Source: Nitrososphaerota archaeon
GTDB lineage: Archaea > Thermoproteota > EX4484-205 > JAAOZP01
Direction of reading: 5' to 3'
Length of the DNA: 64,000 bases
Assembly (NCBI GenBank): GCA_011605725.1
Contig: JAAOZP010000011.1
Coordinates: 96,001-160,000, forward strand
The notes below the pieces were generated by a model. It had not been told where the DNA came from, made no database searches, and saw only the letters and a list, made by a program, of their open reading frames with translations. The translations under genes and the position numbers were made by a program. This document shows, piece after piece, positions 38,736-49,810 of this stretch; within the stretch, counting starts at the first letter, position 1, and every line of letters begins with the position of its first letter.

Positions 38736-41233
38736 TGACTATGAATAGTTTTGAAAGGGTTGCAGAGGGCGGGTGCGGCGTAATTGGTGTAGCTTCATCA
38801 ATCCCGATAAAAGGCAGGTTCCTATTAAGGCCTCTTGTACAGACGCATAACAGGGGTAATGGCAAGGGCGGTGGCATAGCTGCAGTAGGTCTTTCAGCAG
38901 AGCAGCTCGGCGTCTCCAAGAGAGTTTTAGAGGAATGCTACCTGGTTCAAATAGCCTACCTAGATTCAAACGTGAGGGAAGACGTGGAAGCAAGTTTCAT
39001 CAAACCCTTCATGAGGGTTGAGTACTTTGAGAAGCTCCCAACGTTAGGGGACTACAGGAGTATTGGCTTGGAGGTGAAGCCTCCGGAAGTCTGGCGCTAT
39101 TTCCTCAGGGTTGACGAGGACGTGTTGAAAAAGTTTGCCGAGGACAACGGTATGCAGGCGCTTGACCCGAGGGATGTGGAGGATGAGTTCATATATAGGA
39201 ACAGTTTCGCTCTGAACAGGAAGCATTATTCTTCAACAGGCTTGAAAAAGGCTTTTGTCCTCTCTCATGGGAGAAACATGATTGTCCTAAAAATAGTAGG
39301 CTATGCTGAGCAGGTCATAAAATACTACATGCTTGAAGATCTTGAGGCCCACATCTGGATTGGTCACCAGAGGTATCCTACTAAGGGGAAGGTTTGGCAT
39401 CCTGGAGGGTCTCACCCGTTCATAGGGTTGAATGACGCCCTTGTTCACAACGGCGACTTTGCAAACTACTACTCTATAACGGAATATCTTAGGCAGAGGA
39501 ATATTTACCCGCTTTTCCTGACTGACACGGAGGTCGCTGCCCTATACTGGGACCTCTTGACAAGAATATACCGATACCCGTTGGAATACGCTATTGAGGC
39601 GCTTGCCCCAACGACTGAAAGAGACTTTGCAATGCTGCCGGATGAGAAGAAAAAGATTTACAAGGTTATTCAGGCCACACATATCCACGGCTCTCCTGAC
39701 GGCCCATGGTTCTTCATAATTGCGAGGAACGATGTTAGAAACAGGGTTTTCCAGCTTATCGGCATAACGGACACGTCTATGCTCAGGCCGCAGGTCTTTG
39801 CGCTTCACGACGGTGATGTTAAAATCGGGATAATCGCCTCTGAAAGGCAAGCGATAGACGCTATGCTTGAAGAGCTGTCTAAGCATGACGAAAGGATTCA
39901 TCCAATGGCTGATGCTTACTGGTATGCGAGGGGAGGAAGCTATACTGACGGCGGAGCATTTATTTATACGGTGGATGAGTATGGAGGCCTTGTTTGCACA
40001 AATAAGTTTGGCAAGAGAGTAGCTGTTGAGGCAAGCACCCCTAGAGTTGAGTTTAACGGCGGAGGATGGAGACCCGAGATTGATGAGAAAACCATTAAGA
40101 GGCTTGGCCCTGAGGAACTTTTTAAACTGGTTTCAAAGAGTATTGGAGACTGGTCTATTCGCGAGGTTGTTTCCTTAATAGAGGCCCTTGAGGAACATGG
40201 TATGAAAGGGAGTGAGGAAATGCTGAAGGCAATAAGCGTGTTAACACTGCTAATCGACAGAAGGTACCCGTCTAGGGTGAGTAGGAACCGTCTAATCCCG
40301 CTTTTCGAGAAGGCTGTTTCCAAGATACTTAGCAGTGTGCCGTTAATAGAGGCTAATTTTCAGGGCAGGCTTCAACGGGTCGACTGGGATTCTAGAAGAA
40401 TGCTTGTAAAGCCGTCTGCAGCCAATAGTGTTTTAGTGATAGATGCTCATGATTTTCCACCTGAGGGTGATGAGGGTGTTTGCAATCTTCTTGAGAACGC
40501 TTACCGGTTGGGATGGAGAAGGCTCATTGCGTATAACTTCATAGGGCAGAGGAATTTCGGCGCGGGCCTCGTTGCCAGGGATGGTGTTAGAATAGACGTG
40601 TACGGCAGGCCTGGCGATTGTCTCGCAGCCTTCGCAGACGGGCCGGAGTTCCATGTTCACGGGAGTGTGCAGGATTCGGTTGCATACTGCTTCAGGTCTG
40701 GAAGGATCGTTGTGTATGGGGATGCAGGCAAGGCTTTCGAGTACGGCGCTAAAGGCGGTGTCGCTTTCATCCTAGGGGATCTTGTAGACAGACCTTTGAT
40801 AAACGCTGTAGGAAGCGCTACTGCTGTGATAAACGGCTCATGCATGGACTACATGGGTGAATCGTTCATGGCTGCCAAGGGCTTCATAATACTGAACGGC
40901 ATCAGGTTTGACGGAAAGGGCAGGCTCGTGGAGAAGGAAACGCCCTATCACGGTGGAAACCTCCTTCCCCTAGCGGCGGCTGGCGCAGTGTACATTAGGG
41001 ATCCTAGGGGGACTGTTGGTGAAGACCAGCTTAATGGTGGTAGGATTGAAAGTATAACGGGCAAGGATTGGGAGAAGATATTACCGCTGTTAAGGGAGAA
41101 CGAGAAGCTGTTCGGCATAAGGGTTGAAGACCTTCTGAGGGTCAACGGGGTGTTGAGAATGCCGGAGGAAGTTTACAGGAAGGTGGTGCCCGTTCAGGTT
41201 GCTGCGCTAACCAGATATGAAAGGGGTGATTAA
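38732..41233 (+). CDS. Glutamate synthase Ntn-amidotransferase plus GXGXG domain fusion (GltB1+GltB3-like)
   Basis: EGGCGVIG (Ntn Cys after a short propeptide), HQRYPT, HPF, HNGD, TDTE; C-terminal beta-helix GXGXG repeats. Confidence 0.9.
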   Translation: MMTMNSFERVAEGGCGVIGVASSIPIKGRFLLRPLVQTHNRGNGKGGGIAAVGLSAEQLGVSKRVLEECYLVQIAYLDSNVREDVEASFIKPFMRVEYFEKLPTLGDYRSIGLEVKPPEVWRYFLRVDEDVLKKFAEDNGMQALDPRDVEDEFIYRNSFALNRKHYSSTGLKKAFVLSHGRNMIVLKIVGYAEQVIKYYMLEDLEAHIWIGHQRYPTKGKVWHPGGSHPFIGLNDALVHNGDFANYYSITEYLRQRNIYPLFLTDTEVAALYWDLLTRIYRYPLEYAIEALAPTTERDFAMLPDEKKKIYKVIQATHIHGSPDGPWFFIIARNDVRNRVFQLIGITDTSMLRPQVFALHDGDVKIGIIASERQAIDAMLEELSKHDERIHPMADAYWYARGGSYTDGGAFIYTVDEYGGLVCTNKFGKRVAVEASTPRVEFNGGGWRPEIDEKTIKRLGPEELFKLVSKSIGDWSIREVVSLIEALEEHGMKGSEEMLKAISVLTLLIDRRYPSRVSRNRLIPLFEKAVSKILSSVPLIEANFQGRLQRVDWDSRRMLVKPSAANSVLVIDAHDFPPEGDEGVCNLLENAYRLGWRRLIAYNFIGQRNFGAGLVARDGVRIDVYGRPGDCLAAFADGPEFHVHGSVQDSVAYCFRSGRIVVYGDAGKAFEYGAKGGVAFILGDLVDRPLINAVGSATAVINGSCMDYMGESFMAAKGFIILNGIRFDGKGRLVEKETPYHGGNLLPLAAAGAVYIRDPRGTVGEDQLNGGRIESITGKDWEKILPLLRENEKLFGIRVEDLLRVNGVLRMPEEVYRKVVPVQVAALTRYERGD

Positions 41234-41234
41234 C

Positions 41235-42032
41235 ATGCACATCATAGTTTTAATAAAGCAGGTTCCAGACTCCAGAGAATATGTCCGCATAAGGGAGGAC
41301 GGAACTCTAGACAGGGAGAGGGTAAGAGCAGTAATAAACGATTGTGATAAAAACGCATTGGAGGCAGCGCTCCAGCTTAAGGAAAAATTCGGGTCGAAAA
41401 TAACTGTGGTCTCCATGGGACCGCCTAAGGCAGAGGATGCTCTCAAGGAGGCTTTAGCCATGGGTGCTGATGAGGCAATCCTAATCTCCGACAGGAGGCT
41501 TCGAGGATCAGACACGTTGGCAACATCCTACGTACTTTACAAGGCGATCGAAAGACTTGGCCACTATGATCTAATCATATGCGGAATAGAGTCGAGCGAC
41601 GGCGGTACTGCCCAAGTAGGCCCTGAGCTTGCCGAGTTTCTCGGAATACCTCAAGCAACATTTGTAGATGAGTTTAAGGTTATTGGCGGATACGTTGAAG
41701 CCAAGAGACTGGTAGAAGGAGGCTACGAGAAGCTCAGGATAAAGATGCCAGTGCTCCTGACGATCATGAAGAACGCTAACAATCCAAGGGTCACAACTTT
41801 TTCAGGGATTCTAAAGGCTGTTAAGAAGCAGGTTGTGACGTGGACGATTGACGATGTTGGGGCTGAGGAAAAGAAGGTAGGATTAGCAGGCTCCCCCACT
41901 AAGATAATGAAGGTTGAGAAGTTGAGTTTTCAGAGGAAAAGGCTTATGATTGAAGGAGAAACAGCTGATGAAGTCGTTGATAATCTTTTGAAGAGGCTGG
42001 TCGAGGACGGGGTGATTCGTGGAGGATACTGA
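41235..42032 (+). CDS. etfB: Electron transfer flavoprotein beta subunit
   Basis: KQVPD, NALEAAL, SMGPP, GSDTLATS, DGGTAQVGP, GLAGSPT. Confidence 0.93.
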   Translation: MHIIVLIKQVPDSREYVRIREDGTLDRERVRAVINDCDKNALEAALQLKEKFGSKITVVSMGPPKAEDALKEALAMGADEAILISDRRLRGSDTLATSYVLYKAIERLGHYDLIICGIESSDGGTAQVGPELAEFLGIPQATFVDEFKVIGGYVEAKRLVEGGYEKLRIKMPVLLTIMKNANNPRVTTFSGILKAVKKQVVTWTIDDVGAEEKKVGLAGSPTKIMKVEKLSFQRKRLMIEGETADEVVDNLLKRLVEDGVIRGGY

Positions 42033-42035
42033 AAG

Positions 42036-43061
42036 ATGACCGGATATTCAGGAGTCTGGGTTTATGCGGAGCATCGGAATGGCGTCATCAGCAAGAATAC
42101 CCTTGAGATACTTGGCAAAGGGAGAGAGCTGGCTGACAAGCTTTGCGTTGAACTGTCAGCAGTATTATTCGGCTGCAATGTTAGCTCGTCTGCAAACGTG
42201 TTAACGATTTACGGTGCTGACAAGGTTTATGTCACGGATGATGAAAAGCTTAGAAACTATAAGACTCGTACATATGCAAGGCTGATGACAGAGCTTATTT
42301 TAAAGCATAAGCCGGAGATAGTGCTGTTCACCGCCAGCACTACAGGCAGAGACTTGGCTCCGAGAGTGGCGGCAAGGCTTAGAACAGGATTAACTGCAAA
42401 CTGCATTGATCTAGACATTGGGGACTTTGAAGACAAGGAGACCGGCAGGAGATACGAAAAGATCCTTTACCAAATCGTTCCAGCATTCGGTGGAAACGTT
42501 GTCGCAACAATAGTTACGCCCTTCAATCGACCTCAAATGGCTACTGTCAGGCCGGGAGTGTTCCCACCTCCGGAAAAAATATTTAGGAAAGGGGAGATTG
42601 TTCTCTTTAAGCCTGAGGCAATAGATGTGGATGAGGAGGTGGAAGTCTTGGAGGTCAACAGGAGTCAGGAGGAATCTAGTCTTGAGAATGCGAAAATAGT
42701 TGTTGGAGGAGGGTTGGGCGTAGGCGGCCCAGAGGGTTTCAAACTCTTAAAGGAGCTTGCCGACTCCTTGGGGGGATGCGTCGGGGTTACCCGTCCAGTA
42801 ACAGATGCCGGGTGGATGCCGTATGATTCCATGATAGGTGAGAGCGGTAGAACAATAAGGCCAGACCTCTACATAGCGTGCGGCATTTCTGGAGCGTTGC
42901 ACCATATGATTGGCGTCAGGGGAAGCAGGAAAATAGTCGCGATCAATAATGATCCTAAGGCACCCATATTTGAGGCTGCGGACTATATTGTAATAGGAGA
43001 CTTATTTCAAATAGTCCCGAAGCTAACTGAGAAAGTGAAGAAGTATGTCGGAGCTTTATGA
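42036..43061 (+). CDS. etfA: Electron transfer flavoprotein alpha subunit
   Basis: [52 protein letters not shown]. Confidence 0.93.
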   Translation: MTGYSGVWVYAEHRNGVISKNTLEILGKGRELADKLCVELSAVLFGCNVSSSANVLTIYGADKVYVTDDEKLRNYKTRTYARLMTELILKHKPEIVLFTASTTGRDLAPRVAARLRTGLTANCIDLDIGDFEDKETGRRYEKILYQIVPAFGGNVVATIVTPFNRPQMATVRPGVFPPPEKIFRKGEIVLFKPEAIDVDEEVEVLEVNRSQEESSLENAKIVVGGGLGVGGPEGFKLLKELADSLGGCVGVTRPVTDAGWMPYDSMIGESGRTIRPDLYIACGISGALHHMIGVRGSRKIVAINNDPKAPIFEAADYIVIGDLFQIVPKLTEKVKKYVGAL

Positions 43062-44595
43062 TGCAATTATTGTTCTAGACTACGGGGGACAATATTGCCA
43101 TCTGATAGGAAGAAGGATAAGAGAGCAGGGAGTATACTCGGAAATAGTCCCCTGGGAAATAAAAGCCGAAGAAATCAGGCTTATAAGCGAAAAAATGAAT
43201 GTTAAAGGCTTAATATTGTCAGGAGGACCAGCGAGCGTTTTCGATGCGGAGGCTCCGAAACTTGATGCAAACATTCTGAATTTAGGGTTGCCTGTTCTAG
43301 GCCTCTGCTACGGCCATCAGCTCTTGGCCCACATTGTTGGTGGAAAGGTCAGACCTGCTGAAAGAAGGGAATATGGTGCAACTTATGTTACCATAGACAG
43401 GCCTGTCGGCGTGTTAAAGGGGCTGGGTAGAAAGGAAAGAGTGTGGATGAGCCATAGTGATGCTGTTTTCTCAGTCCCGGAAGAATATGAGGTGCTGGCG
43501 CATTCTGAAAACTGTCCCGTAGCAGCCTTCGGGCACAGGGAGAAACCGGTCTACGGTTTGCAATGGCACCCTGAAGTAGTCCACACGGAGAATGGAGTCC
43601 TAATGCTCAGAAACTTCCTGTTTGAAGTATGCGGCTGCAAAGCCAATTGGAAGGTTGAGAACCTCGTGAATAAGATTATTGAGGAAATCAGGTTTGAGAC
43701 AGGCGGTAGCAAGGCCATAATTGCCCTAAGCGGCGGCGTGGATTCAAGCGTCACAACGGCGCTAGCAGCCAAGGCTATTGGAAACAGGCTTACAGCGGTT
43801 TTCGTCGACCACGGGTTTATGCGAGAGAACGAGCCTGAGTCCGTGGAGAATTTTTTCAAAGGCATGGGGATAAACCTTATGGTGATAGATGCGAAAGACC
43901 GTTTTCTGAAGAAGCTTCGAGGTATAATTGACCCTGAGATGAAGAGGAAGATTATAGGTGAAGAATTCATAAGGGTTTTCGAAGAAGTTGCTGAAAAAAT
44001 CGGGGCGGAATGTTTAATCCAGGGAACCATTTACCCGGATAGGATTGAATCGGGATTTCGAAGGTTTTCAGACAAGATAAAAACGCATCACAATGTAGCT
44101 GGGCTTCCGGCACGTGTAAAGTTTAGAAAGATAGTTGAACCCCTGCGGGACCTATACAAGGATGAGGTTAGAAGAATTGGGGAAGCCCTTGGGCTGCCGA
44201 GGGAGCTGGTTTACAGACAGCCCTTCCCGGGCCCGGGTCTTGCTGTAAGGATTACCGGTGAGGTAACCAGGGAGAAGGTTGAGGTAGTGAGGAAAGCAGA
44301 CAGGATTGTTAGGGAGGAGGTTGAGAGAAGCGGTTTGAAGGAAAGACTCTGGCAATATTTCGCAGTCCTGACTAACACGATGGCTACGGGCGTTAAGGGT
44401 GATGCCCGGGCCTACGGCTATGTTGTCGCAGTCAGGATCGTCGAAAGCAGTGAAGCCATGACTGCAAGCTTCGCTAAAATACCCTACGAAGTGTTGGAGA
44501 GTATCTCTACAAGGATAACCAACGAGATACCTGAGGTTGCAAGGGTTGTTTACGACATTACTCACAAGCCGCCTGCAACAATAGAGTGGGAGTGA
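43045..44595 (+). CDS. guaA: GMP synthase (glutamine-hydrolysing), fused GATase and ATPPase
   Basis: [41 protein letters not shown]. Confidence 0.96.
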   Translation: MSELYDAIIVLDYGGQYCHLIGRRIREQGVYSEIVPWEIKAEEIRLISEKMNVKGLILSGGPASVFDAEAPKLDANILNLGLPVLGLCYGHQLLAHIVGGKVRPAERREYGATYVTIDRPVGVLKGLGRKERVWMSHSDAVFSVPEEYEVLAHSENCPVAAFGHREKPVYGLQWHPEVVHTENGVLMLRNFLFEVCGCKANWKVENLVNKIIEEIRFETGGSKAIIALSGGVDSSVTTALAAKAIGNRLTAVFVDHGFMRENEPESVENFFKGMGINLMVIDAKDRFLKKLRGIIDPEMKRKIIGEEFIRVFEEVAEKIGAECLIQGTIYPDRIESGFRRFSDKIKTHHNVAGLPARVKFRKIVEPLRDLYKDEVRRIGEALGLPRELVYRQPFPGPGLAVRITGEVTREKVEVVRKADRIVREEVERSGLKERLWQYFAVLTNTMATGVKGDARAYGYVVAVRIVESSEAMTASFAKIPYEVLESISTRITNEIPEVARVVYDITHKPPATIEWE

Positions 44596-44801
44596 ACCCT
44601 AGTGTTTAAAAATAGATTATCCTTCCACTTGTTGACGATAGGCGTTTTCCAACCTATGCCGAACGCTTTGGCGTGGTTTTCAGGCATAGAGGTGCCTGAC
44701 ACCTTTTATACTCGGCACTTCTGATATTCGTATAGGTGTCCCAGCGCGCTATGCTTATTGCGGTTGTTTTGAAAAAAGAATAAGGATTTATATAGAGATT
44801 A

Positions 44802-45866
<1,065 letters not shown>

Positions 45867-45931
45867 TTAACGCGATTCACGTACTGCCAAGTAAACCCTT
45901 TAAAATCTTTAATCCGTATGAATACCCCGTT

Positions 45932-46789
45932 ATGAAAAGTTTGACTGAGGAGATAGTGAAGAGACGTGTTTTAACTGAGGTAGAGAAGTACCCGTTTTTC
46001 CAGAAGGCAGTTATCGCTCTCTCGGGTGGGAAAGACAGTGGGAGTCTCCTACATGTTTTCATGGAGGTCTATCCAGATAAGGAAGTTATTCCCGTTCATC
46101 TGAACCTTGGTATAGGAGGCTTCTCAGAGGCTTCGGAGCGTTTTGCAAGAATGCAGGCTGAGAAGGCGGGTCTTCAACTTGTGGTTTTCAACCTTGAGAA
46201 AGAGCTTGGTTTCTCGATCATGGATGCTAAGAAACTCTATCCGAAGGTTTGTAGCGTCTGCGGTGGTTTCAAGAGGTATCTTTTGAACAGGATTTCCTTC
46301 GAGCTTGACGCTGACATCATTCTTACAGCTCACCATCTTGAGGATTTCCTGGTTAGAATGTTGAAGTCTGTTTTAAACGCCGGGTTTGAAGAGCTCGCTA
46401 GGTTTAAAACATATCTTCCAAGGAAGGGAAATCTTGTTGCTAAAGGTAGGCCTTTCTGCAGGGTTTCGGAGAATCTCATAGCGGAGTATGCTTTTCTCAA
46501 GGGTATTCCGTTTCTATCTGAGAAATGCCCTATCGGGAGGAAAGAGAACGTTGAAAGATTCAGGAGGACTGTTGAAATTTTGGCTAGGAGGCAGAGCCAG
46601 AAGCTTCTTTATTTCTCGTCCTTAACGAAGCTGGCTGAGAAGCTTCACAGCTGCGGAGCTATACCCATGCCGGAGTTGAAACCTTGCTCATCATGCGGCT
46701 TTCTCGCTTCAAGTGAAACATGCTCCTTCTGTGCGAGGGTGAGGAAGATCAAGGCTTTCCTAGACAGGGAGAAGGCAGCATCGTTTTAG
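45932..46789 (+). CDS. TtuA/Ncs6-family PP-loop tRNA thiolation ATPase
   Basis: SGGKDS, CSVC..KR, CP, C-terminal CSSC..CSFC. Confidence 0.75.
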   Translation: MKSLTEEIVKRRVLTEVEKYPFFQKAVIALSGGKDSGSLLHVFMEVYPDKEVIPVHLNLGIGGFSEASERFARMQAEKAGLQLVVFNLEKELGFSIMDAKKLYPKVCSVCGGFKRYLLNRISFELDADIILTAHHLEDFLVRMLKSVLNAGFEELARFKTYLPRKGNLVAKGRPFCRVSENLIAEYAFLKGIPFLSEKCPIGRKENVERFRRTVEILARRQSQKLLYFSSLTKLAEKLHSCGAIPMPELKPCSSCGFLASSETCSFCARVRKIKAFLDREKAASF

Positions 46790-46870
46790 TCGAATACTCT
46801 GCGAAGCTTTTTAAGCAAACCCTTTTAAACATCTTGCCTTCTTACACACTTTAAGAAGCGGGAGGCCGGC

Positions 46871-47971
46871 ATGAGAATCGCCTTCGTTTATGACGCCGTG
46901 TACCCATGGGTTAAAGGGGGAGTGGAAAGAAGAATATACGAACTCGGGCGCAGACTGTCCCGTCGACATGAAGTCTACTGGTTCGGGTTAAAATGGTGGA
47001 GTAGTGGAGAGAGGAATCTTGACGGTATTATGCTTCACGGCGTTGGAGAAGGAAGGCCTCTTTACGTTAATGGGAAGCGTTCGATAAGCGAAGCCTTATA
47101 TTTCGGCCTTAAACTGCTTTCCGGCTTAAAGCATGATATAGACTTTATGGATGTTCAAGCTTTCCCATATTTTTCCTGCTTCTCTTCTAAAGTTCGTTCA
47201 ATGACTGCTGGAGTATGCATGGCGGTGACTTGGCACGAGCTCTGGAACAGCTACTGGTTTGAATACATGGGTCTAAAGGGGCTTGCGGGCTGGGTTGTTG
47301 AGAGAGCAGTCTTAAAACTTACGCCTATGCATATTGCCGTGTCAGATGTAACGAGAAGGAGTCTGGAGAAGGTTGGTGTTCACGCCGAGGTAATCCCGAA
47401 CGGGATAGACTTCGAACATATAGCGGGAGTACGTGGAAGCGGTGAAGAGTCTGACATGGTTTTCGCAGGAAGGCTGGTGAAAGAGAAGAATGTTGACTTG
47501 ATTATTAAGGCGGTGAGAATTCTGAAGGACAGTATTCCAGACGTTAAATGCATGATAATAGGCGACGGACCTGAGAAACAGGCTCTTGTAAGCCTTTCGG
47601 AGCAGCTTGGAGTAAGGGAGAACGTTGTTTTTAAAGGTTTTCTTGAGGATCATGACGATGTAATAGCCTTCATGAAGTCTTCAAAAGTATTTATACTTCC
47701 TTCAACAAGGGAGGGGTTCGGAATCGTTGTTTTAGAGGCGAACGCGTGCGGCCTGCCTGTTATCACAGTCAGGCATGAGAGAAATGCTGCCTGCAGCCTG
47801 GTTGAAGAAGGTTTAAACGGTTTCACATGTCCTGTTTCACCTGAGAAAATTGCGGAAAAAACCTTGGAAGCAATGGGGAGGAACATGAGGCAAACGTGTG
47901 TTAACAATGCCTCAAAATATGACTGGAGCAGCATCATAAGACTTTACGAGGATTTTCTAAAAAAGGTCTGA
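46871..47971 (+). CDS. GT4 glycosyltransferase
   Basis: GGVERR, IPNGID, GRLVKEK, REGFGIVVLEA. Confidence 0.92.
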   Translation: MRIAFVYDAVYPWVKGGVERRIYELGRRLSRRHEVYWFGLKWWSSGERNLDGIMLHGVGEGRPLYVNGKRSISEALYFGLKLLSGLKHDIDFMDVQAFPYFSCFSSKVRSMTAGVCMAVTWHELWNSYWFEYMGLKGLAGWVVERAVLKLTPMHIAVSDVTRRSLEKVGVHAEVIPNGIDFEHIAGVRGSGEESDMVFAGRLVKEKNVDLIIKAVRILKDSIPDVKCMIIGDGPEKQALVSLSEQLGVRENVVFKGFLEDHDDVIAFMKSSKVFILPSTREGFGIVVLEANACGLPVITVRHERNAACSLVEEGLNGFTCPVSPEKIAEKTLEAMGRNMRQTCVNNASKYDWSSIIRLYEDFLKKV

Positions 47972-47987
47972 ACGCTATGGTGACCAG

Positions 47988-48410
47988 TTATTCCTGCTGA
48001 TGCTTTGCACTACACATCCTTAACACGCCGCGTGTGTTAATATATGGCGGAACACTGCCGGTTTCTAGCATGGAGCAGACCTCTGGACCAAGTCCTTTCG
48101 AAACAATCCTTTTGAACGCTCTCCATGTTAAAACAGATACTGCAAGCATTCTTCTAGTATCTATAAGAAGGATCCTCCACTTTCTGCAAAAACTCGCAGC
48201 ACTCTTAGAAACCTCTACTCTGCCATAATGCGTTGCCCTCGCATACATTCCTCGTCTGGACTTTACTCTCGCTCTTGACAATGCTACAACACATATGAAT
48301 TCCCTGTGGGAAGGACTGATCTTCCAGTACTTGTTGTGCTTAACTGCGTTTACAAGGTCTTCTGCTTCCTTCTTAGACAGCCTTTTAAAAACACTATCCT
48401 TGAACATCAT
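47988..48410 (-). CDS. Hypothetical basic protein
   Basis: 140-aa ORF filling the gap after the TrmB gene; no motif recognised. Confidence 0.55.
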   Translation of the reverse strand: MMFKDSVFKRLSKKEAEDLVNAVKHNKYWKISPSHREFICVVALSRARVKSRRGMYARATHYGRVEVSKSAASFCRKWRILLIDTRRMLAVSVLTWRAFKRIVSKGLGPEVCSMLETGSVPPYINTRGVLRMCSAKHQQE

Positions 48411-48453
48411 GCTTCGCGGAGCCTAACAGAGTAAGGAGCCTGCCTAACAATCC

Positions 48454-49668
48454 TCAAGAAGGCTGAAGCTCAACCACCCTGATCCCGTAGAAGGTGGCCA
48501 ACTGCTTCGCGTCCTCGCTCAGCCTCGGCTTCACTATTAGAGTCGACCCGTTAATCATGTCTTCAACATCATTCTTCTTGGTGTAGAAACCGATTATGGA
48601 TGTGACAGGAACATCAGTCACATCGAAAACAATATCGCAGACGATCGGCTTATCCCCGTTTAAAACACCCATGTCAAACACATGCGTAATTCCGGATTTA
48701 CCGGTTATTCTTATACCTTCCTTAACCTGCAGCCCAACCATTGAGAGGTATTGTGAAAGCTGCTCCTTAAAAGAAGCGTACTCCTCCTCCTTCATTTTCA
48801 ACTCCTGTTCAGCGGGAAGCATTCTTACCGATACTTCCTCAGGCTGCATCATGCTTGTAAACAGCTTTTTGAGAGACTGTACCAGGGCATCGCTATTAGT
48901 CCAGATCGCTGTAGCCTCTTTTCTCTCAGCCCGGCTTACACCTGGTGGTTTAGTAAACATGAGGAGCTGCTTATTGTCAACTATTACGAACCACGGTGAT
49001 GAAATACTCATCGTCTTAACCTCTATGACCTCAGCATGCTTCTTAAGAAACGACGTTATGCTTGACGTCCCTAAAATACCATGTGTAAGTATTTGGATAT
49101 GGATGTTGTCTTTGCTCAGGTTTCGAAGCTTCTGCAGGATTCCAGCGTTATATGCTCTAACAAGTTCCGTCCTAGAAGCTACGATGTTAACCTCCTCTTT
49201 AGCCTCATCCAGCATGTCTGAAAGCCTTGCGTAAATCTGCTCTATGCCCTTCAAAAGCTGAATCTTCTCCTGCTCCTCTACCTTAGAAGGAACACGGACC
49301 TTTTTCCATATTTCCATCAACTCCTCTTTACTCTTCTCCATCGTCATTATTCTTCTCTTCTCAGCCTCAATCAGGATTTCAAGCGCTTTTTCAAAGCCTA
49401 TTGCTGAGAATTTAGCGGGACGATCTAGACTCGCTTCTATAATACCCTTATTCTGAAGGCTAGTCAGTATGTTGTACACTTCTGTCCTCGAAATACCCAG
49501 TGATAATCCTATTTCACTAGCCTTCATCGGCCCTAGTTTTAAAAGATGTATGAAAACCTTGGCCTCATTATCAGTTAAACCATATTCGCCGAGCTCCTCC
49601 CGGAGTTTTTCAAACTCTTCAGATTCCCCGCCTAAAGCAATACGGCTCTCTTCCTCTATAGAAGCCAT
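48454..49668 (-). CDS. TrmB-family regulator with C-terminal restriction-endonuclease-like domain
   Basis: GLTDNEAKVF..SRTEVY..L..KG wHTH; effector domain (IVDNKQ, IWTNS); GKSGITHVFD domain. Confidence 0.82.
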   Translation of the reverse strand: MASIEEESRIALGGESEEFEKLREELGEYGLTDNEAKVFIHLLKLGPMKASEIGLSLGISRTEVYNILTSLQNKGIIEASLDRPAKFSAIGFEKALEILIEAEKRRIMTMEKSKEELMEIWKKVRVPSKVEEQEKIQLLKGIEQIYARLSDMLDEAKEEVNIVASRTELVRAYNAGILQKLRNLSKDNIHIQILTHGILGTSSITSFLKKHAEVIEVKTMSISSPWFVIVDNKQLLMFTKPPGVSRAERKEATAIWTNSDALVQSLKKLFTSMMQPEEVSVRMLPAEQELKMKEEEYASFKEQLSQYLSMVGLQVKEGIRITGKSGITHVFDMGVLNGDKPIVCDIVFDVTDVPVTSIIGFYTKKNDVEDMINGSTLIVKPRLSEDAKQLATFYGIRVVELQPS

Positions 49669-49810
49669 CGCTGGATTTAAACATATGTATGTCAACGGTG
49701 CTAATTAAGCTTTTTTAAAAAGGACGGAAGTGCCTAGTGGTCTAAACCCCGTCGCGAGAAGCATTAAGGTTAACACAAAACCTTAAGTATTAAAACCTGT
49801 TTTCTGCTTA

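Noticed and set aside
48596-49234. 212-aa + strand ORF
   Set aside because: Antisense shadow of the TrmB gene; Ser/Ile-rich composition typical of reverse frames
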